From: Trueperaceae bacterium
GTDB lineage: Bacteria > Deinococcota > Deinococci > Deinococcales > Trueperaceae
Length of the DNA: 64,000 bases
NCBI GenBank assembly: GCA_965213925.1
Contig: OZ243927.1
Span: 3,968,001-4,032,000, forward strand
Direction of reading: 5' to 3'
Part shown: positions 49,598-58,124 of the stretch, in pieces
Layout of the letters: the number at the start of each line of letters is the position of its first letter
Position numbering within the stretch: position 1 is the stretch's first letter
The notes under the pieces: generated by a model
What the model saw: the letters and a program-made list of their open reading frames with translations, nothing else
The model's database searches: none
Told to the model about the DNA's origin: nothing
Program-made: the position numbers and the translations under genes

Positions 49598-49642
49598 TAC
49601 ACAACCGTGCTCAAAGTCTCGTCTCGTTCAAGGGAGGAACAG

Positions 49643-49963
49643 ATGAACATCACGACCTACAGAAGTTTAGCCTTTATCCTCGTTCTACTCTTCGCACTTC
49701 TCGGCTGCGAAGAAGATGTCACGTTGGAGACGACGGACTACCATCCAGAGGACGACGTTTACATCATGATAAGAGGTGAGGTCATCGAGGACGCCACCTC
49801 AGTCCTACCCGCCGCCCTTATCGGTGAGCTGGCTTTCGACTTGCAAGAAGGAACGCACGAAAGCATCACCGATGTGAGCGGCGCAGAGGTGGACCACTAC
49901 TACATTTGGGTGTGCTTGGAAGACGCCTGCATTCCGGTTGACCCGTTTCGCTTCAATAATTAG
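49643..49963 (+). CDS. Small lipoprotein
   Basis: RBS GGAGG; lipobox LLGC. Confidence 0.7.
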   Translation: MNITTYRSLAFILVLLFALLGCEEDVTLETTDYHPEDDVYIMIRGEVIEDATSVLPAALIGELAFDLQEGTHESITDVSGAEVDHYYIWVCLEDACIPVDPFRFNN

Positions 49964-49982
49964 GACAAATCACAACACTCGA

Positions 49983-50014
49983 GAGACCCGCAACATCTAT
50001 AGGTTGCGGGTCTC
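49983..50014. terminator. Hairpin between convergent genes
   Basis: GAGACCCGCAAC...GTTGCGGGTCTC. Confidence 0.65.
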
Positions 50015-50019
50015 GTCAT

Positions 50020-50319
50020 TTAACAGCTAATCACCGCGTTCTCCGTCCCCTGGTCATTCTGCACAGTGCTGTCCGCGTCGGGGTCGTTGAAGTAGTGGTC
50101 GTGGTCGTTGTGGAGGGCGCGGTAGCGAAACTGGTAGTCGTGGCCGGGCTCGACCTCTTGCACCAACTTCCACTTGCCACTTTTCTGCTTGTTAAAGGGC
50201 ACCTCTTGCCAACCGTTAAACTCCGCGACGAGGTGAACGGCGTCCGCTTCGAAGTCGGCGGGCAGTTCGAAGGTGACTTTGCAGACTTTACGGGTTTTGA
50301 CCTGCTGTTTTTTAATCAT
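50020..50319 (-). CDS. Isoamylase early-set (CBM48-like) domain protein
   Basis: KVTFELP, AEFNGW, YQFRY, NDPDAD. Confidence 0.85.
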   Translation of the reverse strand: MIKKQQVKTRKVCKVTFELPADFEADAVHLVAEFNGWQEVPFNKQKSGKWKLVQEVEPGHDYQFRYRALHNDHDHYFNDPDADSTVQNDQGTENAVISC

Positions 50320-50451
50320 CGCTCGTCCTTTCGCATTCACAATGTCAGTGTTAAAGGTCTCCCCCTCACCTAAATGAAGAGGTCTTGTGGCATGAAGGAT
50401 ACCAAATTATGCCGTATGTCAACAAAAGGTGAGCGCGTGGTATAAGGTAAC

Positions 50452-51165
50452 GTGACCTTAGATGTTCAGTTTGTGCCGCGCAGCACGGATGATAGTAAAC
50501 CTGATACAGCTGTTGTAGTCGACGTTTTACGGATGACGACCACCTCAGGACTTCTCTTCTCGAAAGGGTTAGAGGAGCTTTTCGTCGTCGCAGAAGTCGA
50601 GGACGCAAGAGGTCTGGCGGCTCAAACGGGCGCACTCCTTTTGGGTGAAAGAGGTGGAGAGAAGGTGGAGGGATTCGACGGGGGCAATTCGCCGCTCGAG
50701 TACACCCAATCTCTAAGCGGTCAAAAGGCTATTTTATGCACCTCGAACGGTTCCAAAGCAGTTCAAACAACTCGAGAGGTTGAGCATGTCCTTTTAGGCG
50801 CAATCGTTAATGCAAAAGCGGTGGCGGCAAGGGTGCTCGAGGTTGCTACGAAAAACATCACGCTAATCTGTGCGGGAACGGGTGGACATATTTCTTTGGA
50901 CGACGTTATCGGCGCGGCGTGTATCGCCAGGGAACTGTTAGACTTCAATTCCAAGCTAGACCTCACAGACGCCTGCAAGATTGCGGTGGGGAGTCTCGAG
51001 CTGAACTCCGACCTCTTGAGCGGCTTACAAGGTGCCCACCACAGCACTGTTCTAAAGAATTTGGGCTATGAAGAAGATATCGCTTTCGCCGCCAAGCTCA
51101 ACCTCTTAGACACCGTACCTGTACGAGCCTCGCGAAATCCGACTTGCTTCACACTTGCGACGTGA
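50452..51165 (+). CDS. comB: 2-phosphosulfolactate phosphatase family
   Basis: VVDVLRMTT, GERGG, GNSP, TSNGS. Confidence 0.9.
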   Translation: MTLDVQFVPRSTDDSKPDTAVVVDVLRMTTTSGLLFSKGLEELFVVAEVEDARGLAAQTGALLLGERGGEKVEGFDGGNSPLEYTQSLSGQKAILCTSNGSKAVQTTREVEHVLLGAIVNAKAVAARVLEVATKNITLICAGTGGHISLDDVIGAACIARELLDFNSKLDLTDACKIAVGSLELNSDLLSGLQGAHHSTVLKNLGYEEDIAFAAKLNLLDTVPVRASRNPTCFTLAT

Positions 51166-51659
51166 ACGCCTACACTGTCAAACTGCTCAAACCGGGCAAA
51201 GGTACGGAAATTACCTATCAAGGTTTTGAACTGCTACGCGAACCGAATCATCTGCTCATTCATGCGCGGTGGGACAGAGACGCGCTCGAGCTTGGTTACG
51301 TGACCTTTGAGACCGGCGACCACTTTTATGAACACTACTACACGAACAAATGGTTCAACATCTTCGAAATTCGTAGTGAAAGAGGTCGGCTCAAGGGCTG
51401 GTACTGCAACGTGACGAAACCGGCGAGGGTCGAAGACCGCACGGTTTACTCAGAAGATTTAGAACTCGACCTCTTTGTCTCGGCGGACAGGAGGCACGTA
51501 GTCACGCTCGATAAAGAGGAGTTTGAGGAGAGGGAGTTTAGCCAAGAGGTTCGGGAGGCTGCTTTGAATGGGCTCGAGGCGTTGCGAAAGATGGCGCGTT
51601 TGGCTACGCCACCCTTTGACAGTACCTCTTCCCGTTTGAGTCTGGGCAAGTCGGTGTGA
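51162..51659 (+). CDS. DUF402 family protein
   Basis: KGWYCNV, DLELDL, LDKEEF. Confidence 0.85.
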   Translation: MNAYTVKLLKPGKGTEITYQGFELLREPNHLLIHARWDRDALELGYVTFETGDHFYEHYYTNKWFNIFEIRSERGRLKGWYCNVTKPARVEDRTVYSEDLELDLFVSADRRHVVTLDKEEFEEREFSQEVREAALNGLEALRKMARLATPPFDSTSSRLSLGKSV

Positions 51660-52051
51660 AGCTCATAGGCTATCCCTGGGACGTAGTAAGGGAACTCGCG
51701 CTTCCAGCACATGACTACGCCATTTTCGGCAGCGCACCTCTTCTTGCCTACGATTTAATCGAAAAGGTTGGCGATATAGACCTTTTGGCGAGGGGTGAAG
51801 TGTGGGAGAGGGTTCAGCAGTTCGGTTTCATAGAAACTACGCCGAAAGGCGATAAAGTTGTCCGACTTGATGAAGGGCTCGAGGTATTTAACGCCTGGCT
51901 CGGCTTGAACACTGACGACATTATCAACCATGCCAAAATTATAGACGGGCTTCCCGTTGCAAACCTAAAGGACGTGCTCGAGTTCAAAAAGCAGCTCAAC
52001 CGACCTAAAGATAAGACCCACATTGCGCTTATTGAGAGCTTTTTACATTGA
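51656..52051 (+). CDS. Hypothetical protein, nucleotidyltransferase-like
   Basis: FGSAPL...DIDL; K..LNRPKD. Confidence 0.65.
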   Translation: MKLIGYPWDVVRELALPAHDYAIFGSAPLLAYDLIEKVGDIDLLARGEVWERVQQFGFIETTPKGDKVVRLDEGLEVFNAWLGLNTDDIINHAKIIDGLPVANLKDVLEFKKQLNRPKDKTHIALIESFLH

Positions 52052-52076
52052 CATCCCCTTTGCGCCTTGTTACGAT
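52048..52076 (+). promoter_or_regulatory. Sigma70 promoter of the aspS2 leader
   Basis: TTGACA (52048), 17-nt spacer, extended TGn-TACGAT (-10 at 52071). Confidence 0.8.
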
Positions 52077-52083
52077 ACCCGCA

Positions 52084-52146
52084 ATGAAATGTGCCGCACG
52101 CCCAAACAACCTATCTAATAATGATGATTGGCAGTTCGGGGCATAG
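52084..52146 (+). CDS. Putative Asn/Asp-rich attenuator leader peptide MKCAARPNNLSNNDDWQFGA
   Basis: ATG 7 nt after the -10 (leaderless); AAC AAC .. AAT AAT GAT GAT; overlaps the antiterminator arm. Confidence 0.75.
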   Translation: MKCAARPNNLSNNDDWQFGA

Positions 52147-52168
52147 GCGTCACGACGATGCTATGACA

Positions 52169-52201
52169 CCCCGAGGCGAACCTCGGGGATTTTTCTTTTT
52201 T
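52169..52201 (+). terminator. Attenuator terminator upstream of aspS2
   Basis: CCCCGAGG-CGAA-CCTCGGGG-ATTTTTCTTTTTT, 11 nt before the aspS2 ATG. Confidence 0.85.
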
Positions 52202-52212
52202 GGGAGTTCAAT

Positions 52213-53496
52213 ATGATAACCGCAACCCGCAGCCTCGTGTCTGAAATTCCGACGCAGTTAGGTGAAAATGTTCTTCTAAGGGGCTGGGTGCACAACCGCC
52301 GCGACTTGGGCGGCGTCAAGTTTTTAATCCTGCGTGACCGGAGCGGTCTGGTACAGTGCGTTTTCTCCAAAGGGGACATGCCGCTGCAAGAGAGCTGCGT
52401 CGAGGTAACCGGCAAGGTTGTTGAAAATGCGCGGGCTCCGGGCGGCTTTGAACTCCACGCCGACGGGCTCCACATCATCTCCGAAGCGACGGACGCGCCG
52501 CCCATCGAAATCCCGAAAGAGGAGTGGACGGTCAACCCGGATACGCTTTTGGAGTACCGCCACGTCTCGCTAAGAGGTCAAAAGGCGCAAGCCGCGATGA
52601 AGGTGCAAGCCGAACTCGTGCGCGCCTTTCGCGCTTATCTCAACTCGGAGCAGTTCACCGAAATCTTCTCCCCGAAAATCGTCGCCGCGGGCGCAGAAGG
52701 GGGCGCGAACCTCTTCGAGGTGGACTACTACGGCAAACGCGCCTACCTCGCACAGTCGCCGCAGCTCTACAAGCAGATTATGGTGGGCGTTTACGAGCGC
52801 GTCTATGAGACCGCGCCGGTCTACCGCGCCGAACTCTCGCACACCTCGCGCCACCTCTCCGAATACCTCTCGCTGGACGTGGAGATGGGCTTTATCGACT
52901 CTGACAGCGACGTGATGGATTTGGAAGAAGCGCTGCTCAAGTCCATGATGGCGCACGTCGGGGAGCACTGCGAGCGGCAACTCGGGGTGATGGAGGCGGA
53001 GCTTCCCAACCTAAACGTCACCTTTCCGCGCATCCCTCTTTTCGAAGCTCGAGACCTTATCAAAGAGCGCTACGGACACCAGACGGGCGGCAAAGACCTA
53101 GACCCCGAAGCCGAACGCCTCTTAGGGCGCTGGGCGAAAGAGGAGCACGGTTCGGACTTCGTCTTCGTGACGCACTACCCGCAGGCGGCGCGTCCCTTCT
53201 ACACCTACCCGACCGAGGACGGGCTCACACGCGGGCTCGACCTCATCTTTCGTGGCGTCGAAATCACCTCGGGCGGGCAGCGGATTCACGAGTACGGCGC
53301 GCTTGTTGACGAGATGAAGAAGCGCAACATGGACCCGGAGCGTTTTCAGGGCTACTTGGAAGTGTTCAAACACGGGATGCCGCCGCACGGCGGGTTTGCG
53401 ATTGGGGCGGAGCGGCTGACGGCGCTGCTTTTAGGAATTAGCAATGTGCGCTTTGCGCGGGCGTTTCCGAGGGATGGGAGTCGGTTGCAGCCCTAA
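52213..53496 (+). CDS. aspS2: Non-discriminating aspartyl-tRNA(Asp/Asn) synthetase (archaeal-type AspRS2)
   Basis: 427 aa without the bacterial insertion domain; GWVH.RRDLG, APGG, LAQSPQLYKQ, EITSGGQR, GMPPHGGFAIGAER. Confidence 0.92.
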   Translation: MITATRSLVSEIPTQLGENVLLRGWVHNRRDLGGVKFLILRDRSGLVQCVFSKGDMPLQESCVEVTGKVVENARAPGGFELHADGLHIISEATDAPPIEIPKEEWTVNPDTLLEYRHVSLRGQKAQAAMKVQAELVRAFRAYLNSEQFTEIFSPKIVAAGAEGGANLFEVDYYGKRAYLAQSPQLYKQIMVGVYERVYETAPVYRAELSHTSRHLSEYLSLDVEMGFIDSDSDVMDLEEALLKSMMAHVGEHCERQLGVMEAELPNLNVTFPRIPLFEARDLIKERYGHQTGGKDLDPEAERLLGRWAKEEHGSDFVFVTHYPQAARPFYTYPTEDGLTRGLDLIFRGVEITSGGQRIHEYGALVDEMKKRNMDPERFQGYLEVFKHGMPPHGGFAIGAERLTALLLGISNVRFARAFPRDGSRLQP

Positions 53497-53631
53497 ATTT
53501 TATGTCAATGACAAGGTAGCTTTCAATCAGGAGTATTCCCCTCTGCCGAAACAGTGTATTACGACGTTGACAATTAGGCTGCGAACTGGGTTAGCTCGGT
53601 CACGAGGGCGTTTTCATAGATTAGGTTTTTA

Positions 53632-54180
53632 ATGTCACAAAAAATTCGGCAGGAAAATGGAGGGTCCAACGCAAAAGCCGTCTCTTCTAGAAAGGGAATG
53701 GTCTGGGTCATTCTTATGGTTTCTATCGGTGGAGGACTCGTCATGGCAGCGTACAATATCAAAACGTTTTTGAGCGGGGGCAACGTTAGCCTTCAAGAAC
53801 TTTTAGTTACTCTAGCCATGATTGTATTCTTTATGTGGCTCGTGCTAACTAGCTCTACCCTCAAAGTCGAGGTGGACAAGGAGGGCATAATCTTCAACAG
53901 CATCTGGGGAGAGCGGACGCTCGCGTGGAAGGAGATACACAGCATAACCGTCCTTCCCGGCTACGGTTACATCCCTTTCATCGGCTACAATGTCTTGCTT
54001 CATACTACGACCTCGAGACGCGCCGTGCCGCTTGTCACTATAATGTTCGGTAATAGTCACAAGGTCATGAAAGCTGTTATAGAGGCGTCTTACCGAAGCA
54101 ACCCCGGCATCAGCATCAAAGGAAGTCTGCTCGACACCTACGGCTTGCCTCCCTACGGAATCTTCAAGCTAGAAAAGTGA
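53632..54180 (+). CDS. Membrane protein with bacterial PH-like domain
   Basis: Two TM segments then V.VDKEGI....L.WKEI. Confidence 0.6.
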   Translation: MSQKIRQENGGSNAKAVSSRKGMVWVILMVSIGGGLVMAAYNIKTFLSGGNVSLQELLVTLAMIVFFMWLVLTSSTLKVEVDKEGIIFNSIWGERTLAWKEIHSITVLPGYGYIPFIGYNVLLHTTTSRRAVPLVTIMFGNSHKVMKAVIEASYRSNPGISIKGSLLDTYGLPPYGIFKLEK

Positions 54181-54435
54181 GGCAGTCGCACTAGGCAAAG
54201 GGGTACCTCTATTTTGGGCGCTTGAGGGCTATCACTAAACTTACTCAAAAGACCATATTTTTGCGTGTAATAGAAGATGTTCCGTTTTGCGTGTATACAA
54301 AGTTTGCACCATCTCTTCTCGAGCAAGCTCTTACAAACAGCTACCCGAACGCGACCAGATAGAATCACTTAAAGCATGGTTACAGGAGAAGTAGGACAAT
54401 ACCTAATCAGGTACTTTTGCTGTAAAATACGAATT

Positions 54436-54654
54436 ATGACGACGCTTCTCGAGCAAGCCTTCTCCAAAGCCTCACAGCTACCCGAGCGCGAGCAGGACGC
54501 ACTTGCCGAACGCCTCTTAGCCGAGCTTGCCTCGGAGGAGCGCTGGAGAACGCTTTTCGGTGAATCGCAAGATTTACTCTCTGAGTTAGCTGAGGAAGCG
54601 TTGGCGGAGCACAGTGTAGATAAAACAAAAGTTCTACATCCTAATGATTTGTAG
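54436..54654 (+). CDS. Putative antitoxin (orphan)
   Basis: LLEQAF....LPE.EQD.LA..LL.EL..E..W...F..SQD.L..LA.EAL.E pattern. Confidence 0.6.
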   Translation: MTTLLEQAFSKASQLPEREQDALAERLLAELASEERWRTLFGESQDLLSELAEEALAEHSVDKTKVLHPNDL

Positions 54655-54734
54655 TGTTCAGAACGACAAGTAGATCAATAGAACGCGGTGGATACCCCGA
54701 GGTGTCCACCGCGTTCAACTCTCTCAAACGACCG

Positions 54735-57700
54735 CTACGACTTACTCTCCGCCGTCTGCGGTCTAGGCGTTCTCTGCAAACTCGGTGCGGGCGTGCGCGG
54801 GCGTTCGGTCTCGGCGACCTCGCCCGAGCCGCCTTCGCCCCGCTCGAAGTTGCGGCGTTCGAACTGGTAGAAGGCGGCGGGCACGACGTAGAAGGTCAGG
54901 AGCGAAGAGGTCAGCACGCCCGCCAAGATAACTAAACCGAGCGGGCGACGAAACTCCGCGCCTTCGCCGAGCCCGAGCAGGAGGGGCGCGCTGATGATGA
55001 CGACGGTCACGGCGGTCATGACGATAGGGCGGAAGCGTAGCCGTCCCGCCTCGATGAGCGCGTCTTTGAGCGAGCGCCGCTCCCCTTCGCGGAGCTGCTC
55101 GAAGAGCACGTCGAGGAGGAGAATCGCGTTTTTCACGACCAAACCGATGAGCATGATCACGCCCAGCACGCTGATGATGTCGAACGAGGTGCCGGTGAAG
55201 TAAAAGGTCCAGAACACGCCGATGAGCGCTAAAGGTACGGTCAGCAAGAGGTATACGGGGAAGCGGAACGAGTTGAACTGCGTGGCGATAACCAGGTAGG
55301 TCAGCAGCAGCGCTAAGCCGAAGGCGATAGGACCGTATCTGGCGAGGTCACCGACCAGGTCGAGTTCGCCGCTGTCGCCTATGCCGACGGCGTCGCCGAT
55401 GAGACCCTCCTGGCGGAGACCCTCTTCGATCTCGTTACGCACCGTGAGGAGCGGCGGCGCACCCGTGGTGAGGTTCGCCTCGAAGTTGACCGAGTAGGTC
55501 TGGTTCGAGCGGGTGAGCGTCGTGGGCGCGGCGCGGCTTTCGAAGCGTCCGAGCGAGTTGATGGGGACGCGCGACTCCAAGCCGGGCGCGAAGATGGGCA
55601 GGCTGATGAGCGCCTGCTCGTCGCGGACGAAGCGCGGGTTGACCTGGACTTGGATGGGGATATCTTCGCCGCCCGAGCGAACCTGCGCCGCCTCCGTGCC
55701 GACGTTGTAGGTGCGCAGCGTGCCGTAGATATCCGATGCGCTCAGCCCCGTGCCCGTCAGTTGGGCGCGGTTGAGGATGAAAACCTGTTCGCTGACGGTG
55801 GACTCTAGGCTCGAGCTAACGTTGCGCAGATAGGGCACGCTCTCTAAGTAGCTGATCACCTCGGGTTCGCGCGCCTGGAGCGCCCCGAAGTCGTTCGAGG
55901 CGAGCGTGAGGGTGTAGACGTCCGAGGGCGGAGGTCCGCCCGCCGCGTCGCCCGCTTGGACGCTCACGTTAGCCGCCGGGAAGTTGGCGAGCGTCTCTTC
56001 AATACGGTTCTGATAGACCACCGCGTACTCGTTCGTCGTGCGCGTGCGCGCGTCCTTGCCGACGAGCTGGAGCGCTAACGCGATGCGCTCCGCCCCCGAG
56101 ACGCCGTTCTGATCCGACGCGCCCACGGTGACTTGCAACGTTTCGACAAGCGGGTCGTCCAAGAGGGCGTCTTCGACCCGGTTCGCCACCGCGTTGCTCT
56201 CGTCCAAGTTGACGCCCGTCGGCAACTCGACGGTCGCGGAGAGGAGACCCGAGTCGTCCGGCGGCGTGAAGTTAAAGCCGATGCGCGGCGCGACGAAGAT
56301 CAAACTGGCGAAGAGGAGCGCCGCCACCACCAGCACGACCCAGGGTTGCGCGAGCACACCGCTCAAGGACGAGACGTAAGCGTCCCTGACCACGTTCGTC
56401 GCTGCGTTGCCGACGCGGTAGATGCTGAGCGCCACCACACCCAAGAGGTGGCCGATAAGCCGCCCAATGTAGCGAACGACCACGAGAACGACCGGCACGG
56501 CGAGCAAGGCGAGCAGCCAGATGAGGCCGAGCTGCGTGTAGAGAGCCGCTGCGGCCGCCACCATGAGCACCCAGAACCAGATGCGCCGCCAGAGGTTGAG
56601 CCCCCAGCGCAGGTCGCTCCCAATCTTGCTAAACGCGCGCGGCAGGTCGCGCCAGCCGGGGGGGAGCGGATTGGGGGTGTACGCCAGGAGCATCGGCAGG
56701 AAGAAGATCGAGGCGAGGTAAGAAAATACGACCATCGCGACCATCGAGAGCCCAAAGGTCGCGAAGAAGTCGCCGATGACGCCGGGCAAGAAGGAGATGG
56801 GCAAGAAGACCGCCAGGAGCGCCAGCGTCGAGGCTAAGACGGGCGTCGAGACCTCCGCCGCGCCCACGACCACGCCCTCTTGCGGGTCCCTATCGCGGTA
56901 CCTGTCGATGTTCTCGGCGACCACGATGGAGTCGTCGACGACCAAGCCCACCGCCACCGTGATGGCTAAGAGCGTCATCAGGTTGAAGGTGAAGCCTAAG
57001 AGGAAAAAGGCGATGAACGCGCCTAAAATCGAGATAGGGATGGCGAGAATCACGCCTAAGAGCGTGCCGAGCCGCCCGACGAAGAAGAGCATGGTGATGC
57101 CGACTGCGGCGACGGCGATGGCGATCTCGACCAAGGTATCGCTTACGACGGCTTCGGTGAATTCGGTCGTGTCGCTGACGATCCGGGCGCTGTAGCCCTC
57201 TGGCAGCTCGAGTTCTGATAGCGCCCGCTCCACGCTGTTCGCCGCCGCCACCGAGTTGCCGCCCGAGGTCTTCTGCGCTTCTAAGAGGACGACCTGTTCA
57301 CCGTCAACGCGCGAGAAGCTCTCCAAATCTTCCGAGCTGTCGCGCACCGTGGCGATGTCAGACACGCTGACGCCGCGCGCCGAATCCACCGTGATATTCG
57401 CGACCGCCTCTAACGACGTCGGCGTGTTGCGCCCGGTCAAGAGGATGCGCCCGTTCGACACGTCCAAGCTGCCGATGGGCACGTCCGTCGCTGAGGCTTG
57501 GATCGCGCCCACGACCTGCGAGGGCGAGAGGTCGTACGAGTTCAACTGGTCGGGGTTTAAGAGCACCTGAATCTGCCGGTCCACTTCGCCCACCAACGAC
57601 ACGTCCGCGATGCCCTCGACGCGCTGCAACACCGGCGAGATGTTGTCGTCCACGTACCTCTGCAGCTCGGTGAGCGACACGCCGGGGGCGTCGACAGCGA

Positions 57701-58124
57701 TATCTAAAATCGGCTCCTCGCTCGGGTCGAACTTCTGCACGATGGGCGTGTCCGCGTCGCTGGGGAGCGCGTTCAAAATCGTGTCGAGGCGTTGCCCCAC
57801 GTCCACCGCCGCCTGGTCCTGGTCGACGCTGTTATTGAAGTTGATGATGATCACGCTCAAACCCTCGGACGAGGTCGAGGTGATGCTGCTCACGCCGGGC
57901 AGGGTCGCGAGCGAATCCTCGATGGGCTCGGTCAGCTCTTGGGCGACCTCTTCGGGACCCGCGCCGGGGTAAGGGGTCGAGACGGCGACAACGGGGATGG
58001 AAATCTCGGGGAAGAACTCGATGCCGAGTTCGAAGTAGGCGATGAGACCGAACAAGACCAGCGCCCCGAAAACGCTCACCGACGCGACGAAGCGCGTCAC
58101 GAAGAGTTGAATGAGACCTCTCAC
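54735..58124 (-). CDS. RND efflux permease (AcrB/CzcA-like)
   Basis: YPGAGPEEV, GLVVDDSIVVAEN, KNAILL, RFRPIVMT. Confidence 0.95.
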   Translation of the reverse strand: MRGLIQLFVTRFVASVSVFGALVLFGLIAYFELGIEFFPEISIPVVAVSTPYPGAGPEEVAQELTEPIEDSLATLPGVSSITSTSSEGLSVIIINFNNSVDQDQAAVDVGQRLDTILNALPSDADTPIVQKFDPSEEPILDIAVDAPGVSLTELQRYVDDNISPVLQRVEGIADVSLVGEVDRQIQVLLNPDQLNSYDLSPSQVVGAIQASATDVPIGSLDVSNGRILLTGRNTPTSLEAVANITVDSARGVSVSDIATVRDSSEDLESFSRVDGEQVVLLEAQKTSGGNSVAAANSVERALSELELPEGYSARIVSDTTEFTEAVVSDTLVEIAIAVAAVGITMLFFVGRLGTLLGVILAIPISILGAFIAFFLLGFTFNLMTLLAITVAVGLVVDDSIVVAENIDRYRDRDPQEGVVVGAAEVSTPVLASTLALLAVFLPISFLPGVIGDFFATFGLSMVAMVVFSYLASIFFLPMLLAYTPNPLPPGWRDLPRAFSKIGSDLRWGLNLWRRIWFWVLMVAAAAALYTQLGLIWLLALLAVPVVLVVVRYIGRLIGHLLGVVALSIYRVGNAATNVVRDAYVSSLSGVLAQPWVVLVVAALLFASLIFVAPRIGFNFTPPDDSGLLSATVELPTGVNLDESNAVANRVEDALLDDPLVETLQVTVGASDQNGVSGAERIALALQLVGKDARTRTTNEYAVVYQNRIEETLANFPAANVSVQAGDAAGGPPPSDVYTLTLASNDFGALQAREPEVISYLESVPYLRNVSSSLESTVSEQVFILNRAQLTGTGLSASDIYGTLRTYNVGTEAAQVRSGGEDIPIQVQVNPRFVRDEQALISLPIFAPGLESRVPINSLGRFESRAAPTTLTRSNQTYSVNFEANLTTGAPPLLTVRNEIEEGLRQEGLIGDAVGIGDSGELDLVGDLARYGPIAFGLALLLTYLVIATQFNSFRFPVYLLLTVPLALIGVFWTFYFTGTSFDIISVLGVIMLIGLVVKNAILLLDVLFEQLREGERRSLKDALIEAGRLRFRPIVMTAVTVVIISAPLLLGLGEGAEFRRPLGLVILAGVLTSSLLTFYVVPAAFYQFERRNFERGEGGSGEVAETERPRTPAPSLQRTPRPQTAESKS

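Noticed and set aside
52084..52201. T-box riboswitch upstream of aspS2
   Set aside because: Leader is too short (~130 nt) and lacks the TGGnACC T-box and stem I motifs; the uORF attenuator fits better.
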